DNA of 9,341 nucleotides from a virus (Duplodnaviria; Heunggongvirae; Uroviricota; Caudoviricetes): IMG/VR virus record IMGVR_UViG_2913147268_000001, positions 1 to 9,341 of that record; one strand, 5' to 3'. Shown piece by piece: positions 7,347 to 9,341 of this stretch (position 1 is its first letter; each line of letters starts with the position of its first letter). The notes under the pieces were generated by a model. It saw only the letters and a program-made list of their open reading frames with translations, ran no database searches and was not told where the DNA came from. The position numbers and the translations under genes were made by a program.

Positions 7347-7622
7347 TCAGAAACGGTATCCGATACCAACAATAAATGCATCCGTTCGCCAGTCGCCACT
7401 ACCGGAACCTTCATAAGCAAGGTCAATGGTCACGGATTCGGTCGGGTTAAACTGCACGCCAGCCCCCCACGCCAGAGACGTGTTGCTGTGGCGACCGTCA
7501 TCACTTCCGGTCAGCACATCGTGCGTTTTCCCCTTGTTGTCAGTTACGCGGAGATAATCCCCGGAGAAAGTCGACACACGGCTGTAAGCCACACCCGCCA
7601 TCGCATACGCGCTGAACCATTC
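7347..7622 (-). pseudogene. lom: Lom C-terminal fragment (roughly aa 109-198)
   Basis: Minus-strand translation EWFSAYAMAGVAYSRVSTFSGDYLRVTDNKGKTHDVLTGSDDGRHSNTSLAWGAGVQFNPTESVTIDLAYEGSGSGDWRTDAFIVGIGYRF with stop at 7347-7349. Its first 56 bp are the inverted copy of 2627-2682. No N-terminus or signal peptide. Confidence 0.85.
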
Positions 7623-8356
7623 GGCTCACTTTCACCTTCACGCCGTCGGTGACGGACTGAACCTCCACGCTGACCGGACTCCCCTGCCCGTCAACCAGGC
7701 TTATCAGCGTGGTGCCGGAAGATGGCAGCGTGATTTCACGGTCGAGCGTCAGCGTCCGGGTCTGGCTGTTTACCGCCAGCACGCGCCCGCCGGTGCGGAT
7801 ACCGGCATAGTCATCATCGCAGATTTCAATGACATCGCCCGGTACATGGCGAAGCCCTTCGGCACCCACGCTGAAGTCCACGGTCTGCGTTTCCAGCAGT
7901 TCTGTTTTAATCAGCCACAGCCCGGCGCGGTGTGCCTGCCCCCGGCTGGTACAGCCAAAAGCATCCATCTTCGTGACGTTACGACCGTAACGGGCAATGG
8001 CCTGCGTGTCCTCCACAAGCTCTGTCGCCGTCTCCCAGCCGTTATTCGGGTCAATCCAGTTCACCTCAACGGCATTATGGCGGTCCTTCAGGGCGCTGAA
8101 GCCGGTCCTGCACGAACGTCAGCGTCTGCCCGTTCCATACCGGCATACAGCGCATCGCAGAGCAGAAATCACTGAGCACATCCCACGCCTTGCGCTGTGT
8201 GGTCAGCCAGGCATTACAGGTGATGCGCGGCTCCGTGCCGCCAAAACCGTCCGGCACCGACTGATCGCAATGCTGGCCGATGACATACAGCGCCCATTTG
8301 TCCACATCCGCCGCACCAAGACGTTTCCCCATGCCGTAGCGCGGATGGGTCAGCAT
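7623..8356 (-). pseudogene. J: J internal fragment (roughly lambda aa 305-545) with a ~75-80 bp internal deletion and frameshift
   Basis: Minus strand reads MLTHPRYGMGKRLG...TLTFVQDR (8356 down to ~8104), then with a frame change FSALKDRHNAVEVNWIDPNNGWETATELVEDTQAIARYGRNVTKMDAFGCTSRGQAHRAGLWLIKTELLETQTVDFSVGAEGL...VKVKVSR, all matching lambda gpJ. The PSDKTWTYNRSNVVMPDDGAPFRY stretch is missing. Confidence 0.85.
8101..8356. repeat. Inverted duplicate of the J aa 305-390 segment (partner 6513-6768)
   Basis: Reverse complement of 8101-8356 aligns base-for-base with 6513-6768 with about 10 substitutions, mostly third-position, plus two clustered changes giving Y to H and Y to W. Both copies begin at the same ATGCTGACC and end at the same CAGGACCG. 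Confidence 0.85.
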
Positions 8357-8558
8357 GGCACTGAACAGCCGATCGTAACCGCTGAATGCATCCGCCTGCA
8401 GGATACCCCGGAAGGGACGAAGGTGTTGTACCGGATGTTTTCCCTGCCTGTCTGGTGAGTAGGCGAACCAGACCGCCGGTGGCTCTGATGAGCCCGCATT
8501 CCGGTCATCCCGGACATACGTCCAGATGCGTCCTGTTTTTGCCTTTTTTCTGCCCGGT
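8357..8558 (-). mobile_element. tnpC: IS66-family transposase (TnpC) internal fragment
   Basis: Minus-strand translation ...PGRKKAKTGRIWTYVRDDRNAGSEPPAVWFAYSPDRQGKHPVQHLRPFRGILQADAFSGYDRLF matches the conserved core of IS66-family TnpC; it runs directly into the J fragment at 8356. Confidence 0.75.
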
Positions 8559-8850
8559 GTGTTGCCCGGAGTGTGGCAGTGAGCTGGATTATCTGGGTGA
8601 AGTCAGTGCTGAGCAGCTGGAACTGGTGAGTAGCGCCCTGAAAGTGATCCGCACTGTTCGGGTAAAAAAAGCCTGTACAAAATGTGACTGTATAGTTGAA
8701 GCGCCAGCGCCGTCCCGCCCGATAGAGCGCGGCATCGCGGGCTCCGGATTACTTGCCCGCGTGTTAACGGGAAAATACTGCGAACACCTGCCACTGTATC
8801 GTCAGAGTGAAATCTTTGCCCGACAGGGTGCCGAACTGAGCCGTGCATTA
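8559..8850 (+). mobile_element. tnpC: IS66-family transposase (TnpC) zinc-finger region fragment
   Basis: Plus-strand translation CPECGSELDYLGEVSAEQLELVSSALKVIRTVRVKKACTKCDCIVEAPAPSRPIERGIAGSGLLARVLTGKYCEHLPLYRQSEIFARQGAELSRA matches IS66 TnpC; opposite strand to the flanking tnpC pieces. Confidence 0.8.
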
Positions 8851-9095
8851 CGACGCAGTTTTTCAGAACGGGTACCGAACAGCATCCGGCGCAGTTTTTC
8901 TATCTGAGCCCGCAGATGTTCTATTTCCCGTTCATCTTCTTCGATCTTTTCTTCGGCACGTGTCAGTGCAGAGCGCAGGAAGGCTTCCGTCTCTTCAACC
9001 AGACTCAGTTGCTGGTCTTTCTGACGGAGGGCTTCAGCCTGCTCAGAGAGCAACCTTTCCAGCTCTGCGATGCGAATGAGGTATTTCTGACTCAT
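8851..9095 (-). mobile_element. tnpC: IS66-family transposase (TnpC) N-terminal fragment (aa 1-~80)
   Basis: ATG at 9093-9095 (minus). MSQKYLIRIAELERLLSEQAEALRQKDQQLSLVEETEAFLRSALTRAEEKIEEDEREIEHLRAQIEKLRRMLFGTRSEKLRR is the leucine-zipper N-terminus of IS66 TnpC; homology ends near 8851. Confidence 0.8.
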
Positions 9096-9125
9096 GACCG
9101 TTTTTATAATGCGGTCAGGAGTTTT

Positions 9126-9341
9126 TTACAACATTGTCAGTGAGTTACGGCTGGATGTTTTTGGCTGACGCCAGTCCAGCTTATCGAGGAGCATTGCCAG
9201 TTGCGAGCGGGTAATGGATACCTTGCCGTCACGTACCGCAGGCCAGATAAACTGGCCTTCCTCCAGGCGTTTGGTGAACAGGCACAGACCATCAGCATCA
9301 GCCCAAAGAGTAAGCGTAAACTGACCGCCGTATGTAGCCAT
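9126..9341 (-). mobile_element. tnpB: IS66-family accessory gene (tnpB/orf2) 3' portion, cut by window edge
   Basis: Minus-strand translation ...LWADADGLCLFTKRLEEGQFIWPAVRDGKVSITRSQLAMLLDKLDWRQPKTSSRNSLTML matches the IS66 TnpB C-terminus. Stop at 9126-9128, about 30 nt upstream of the tnpC ATG, which is the native tnpB-tnpC arrangement. Confidence 0.8.

Noticed and set aside
6513-8356. Diversity-generating retroelement (template/variable repeat pair) acting on J
   Set aside because: No reverse transcriptase gene in the window; differences between the two J copies are mostly synonymous third-position changes, not adenine-specific.
1-9341. Programmed tail-fibre inversion system (Gin/Cin/Pin/Min-type shufflon)
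   Set aside because: No serine invertase gene and no conserved short crossover sites at the junctions. Junctions fall inside J, lom and IS transposase genes rather than at the boundaries of alternative fibre C-termini, and IS genes are scrambled by the same process.

Overview
This window is a patchwork of fragments from enterobacterial lambdoid-prophage tail genes (J, lom, stf, L, K, I) and insertion-sequence genes (IS4, IS1, IS66-family). Nearly every gene is truncated, in non-native order and in mixed orientation; I count about 20 breakpoints in 9.3 kb. Only tail assembly gene K (3679-4422) looks full length, sitting in the one native-order block (L C-terminus, K, I N-terminus; 3171-4706). 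A second native block is J C-terminus, terminator, lom N-terminus (979-2682). Two different J alleles are present, one lambda-like and one divergent, so at least two prophage sources contributed. All three IS transposase genes are themselves broken into internally inverted pieces, which argues against an insertion-driven or site-specific inversion mechanism. I found no rRNA, tRNA or CRISPR. About 1.3 kb (769-978, 4672-5545, 6931-7160) is unassigned and carries only short, low-confidence ORFs. I do not see a coherent novel system; the notable feature is the rearrangement architecture itself, which could be a decayed prophage graveyard, an assembly chimera, or artificial shuffling. Sequence alone cannot distinguish these. 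All homology calls are from reading the translations against remembered reference proteins, not from a database search.
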